DNA of 64,000 nt from Amoebophrya sp. A120. Lineage: Eukaryota; Protista; Dinoflagellata. The notes beneath the pieces are model-generated. The model was not told the DNA's origin. It searched no databases and saw only the letters and a program-made list of their open reading frames with translations. The position numbers were made by a program, and so were the translations under genes. Of the stretch, positions 62,701-64,000 are shown piece after piece; the stretch's first letter is position 1; every line of letters begins with the position of its first letter. The stretch spans positions 3,403,716-3,467,715 of the forward strand of contig CAJINV010000005.1 of the NCBI GenBank assembly GCA_905178155.1. Reading direction: 5' to 3'.

Positions 62701-63590
62701 AGGTAGTTCAGGAGCATCACAGATCTAGTATATCATGCTGCTTGGAGCATGACAGATTCCAGAAAACGACTAGAAAATGCTTTTCGTTTTCATGGGGCTC
62801 CGCATGACAAACCTTTTCAGCATGATGCAGATTTGCATTGCAACTATGGGAGGGGACGTTTTCAAATACGATAAGTCCACCACCTTTTTCATCTGCGTCA
62901 TCCCCTCGCGTAAAACCGTCCTTTGGGCCTGATGCCCTTCGAGGAGCAACCGGAACCGGTGCGCCGACTCGCTTCTCTCCCGGCTCTGCCCGCGCTTCAG
63001 CAACTCCTGCATGAACTTGGATCTCTGTTGCTTGTCGTCCGAGGTAGCAGTTGTGGGCGTTGTCGCGGAGGTGCTGGAGGTACGCGGTCGGGTTGTACTT
63101 CGCATTTGCTGCCCTCCTCCGCTTTGGTTGTTATTTCTCGTATTTCCAGCTAGTACAGCTGTTGGGCTTGCTGCAGTGCGGCCGGCGGGGGACTGGAACT
63201 GGTAGGGATTATTTGACGTGTCGTGGTGGTCATCAGCACTAGTATAAGGAGCGAAATTACCGTGTCTTTCACTAGTTGCGACGGACGGAAACATATTCAC
63301 TTCGACCAGTTTCTGCACCGTCAAAAATCGCTGTCGGTGCCGCGCAAACTCCTGCTGTTGCTGTTGCACGAAGATCTTCTGCGTCTCGACCTGCACATAA
63401 TTTTGAAAAGCTGCTCGCTCACTCGCGAGCGCCTGCTCCCGTTGCTGGAGGTCGTGGAAGTGTTGCTGGTGGGTGTGTTCTACCGCGGTATTCAAAGTTT
63501 GGCTTTTCTCAGTCACGCTGCTACGGGCGGCATCTAGCTCGCCTTCAAGCTGCGTCACCAGCGAAAGAAGTTCCTGCTCGCGGGCGCGAT
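56752..63590 (-). CDS. Very large low-complexity/coiled-coil hypothetical protein; 5' exon(s) not found
   Basis: The 262, 445, 108, 88 and 963-aa ORFs join in frame through four introners and a GT-AG intron at 60888-61092. A fifth introner follows the 119-aa ORF. The junction near 57230-57420 is approximate. Confidence 0.7.
56780..57031. mobile_element. Introner family A
   Basis: Family A TIRs; perfect direct repeat CTTGC; join YREQVEPHHFRDY. Confidence 0.9.
60258..60392. mobile_element. Introner family B
   Basis: Family B TIRs; perfect direct repeat TGCAG; join TGAAPAELQ. Confidence 0.9.
60607..60725. mobile_element. Introner family D
   Basis: TATCCACAGAGAAAAACTCAACATCCCCATCC...GGATGGGGATGGGTGTTTTTTCCTGGATA; perfect direct repeat TGTTC; join AGNKMKLP. 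Confidence 0.88.
62272..62535. mobile_element. Introner family A
   Basis: Family A TIRs; perfect direct repeat TGGCG; join VSITPSYRA. Confidence 0.9.
62579..62873. mobile_element. Introner family C
   Basis: AATCCTATGCAAAAACGTCCCCGCCCCC...GGGAGGGGACGTTTTCAAATACGATA; perfect direct repeat AGTCC; join KVVDLLEAR. Confidence 0.85.
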
Positions 63591-63782
63591 CTGAAAGTTT
63601 GTGTTTTTTTCACTCCATGAAGTTGAAGATATTTGATTATCTGTGACAGCGCATCACGACATGATCAAGACGCATGCTCGTGTCAAAAGTAGTCCTTGTC
63701 GTCCACACGAGAATCAATATGGAGTTGCAGGTAGCTATCTAAGTACTTATCTATCAAGTTAAGCCATGGCCAGGGCGTAAAA

Positions 63783-64000
63783 AACCGAGAATCGCAAACC
63801 GAGAATCGGAAACCGAGAACCGAGAATCGGAAACCGAGAGCCGAGAATTGGAAACCGAGAACCGAGAACCTGAAACCGAGAATCGGAAACCGAGAACCGA
63901 GAATCGGAAACCGAGAACCGAGAATTGGAAACCGAGAACCGAGAACCTGAAACCGAGAATCGGAAACCGAGAATCGGAAACCGAGAATCGGAAACCGGAA
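63783..64000. repeat. 7-bp-unit satellite (AACCGAG / AATCGGA variants) running off the window
   Basis: Continuous heptamer array; rare variants AATTGGA and AACCTGA recur 77 bp apart. Confidence 0.92.

Noticed and set aside
210-63620. Numerous plus-strand and overlapping ORFs in the ORF track
   Set aside because: They are antisense or alternate-frame shadows of minus-strand genes or of GC-rich DNA, with no recognisable motifs.
63783-64000. True telomere
   Set aside because: The unit is not TTTAGGG-like, and the plus strand is not the G-rich strand expected at a right chromosome end.

Overview
Eukaryotic, gene-dense window. All 15 recognisable protein genes lie on the minus strand: PX-domain protein, secreted PAN/apple protein, Q/N-rich protein, OLA1/YchF, RSL1D1, family II pyrophosphatase, KEDL-ending ER protein, membrane protein, EngB/YihA GTPase, MIC60, alpha/beta hydrolase, SpoU methylase, TSR2, PPIL6-like cyclophilin and a large low-complexity protein. 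One small hypothetical ORF is also on the minus strand. The unidirectional layout and many non-canonical introns resemble the parasitic dinoflagellate Amoebophrya (Syndiniales); this assignment is inference. The main signal is 24 transposon-like introns (introners) from about 4 sequence families that share one grammar: TAT...ATA terminal inverted repeats plus a 5-bp target duplication. By hand translation, removing the element plus exactly 5 nt restores the reading frame in every case, in either orientation and mostly without GT-AG. One of these introns carries a 5'-truncated RTE-like LINE with a 14-bp TSD. Also present are GC-rich transposon-like islands next to tandemly duplicated gene 3' ends, and a 7-bp satellite at the right edge. 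All gene models and junctions were worked out by eye and are unverified by transcripts.
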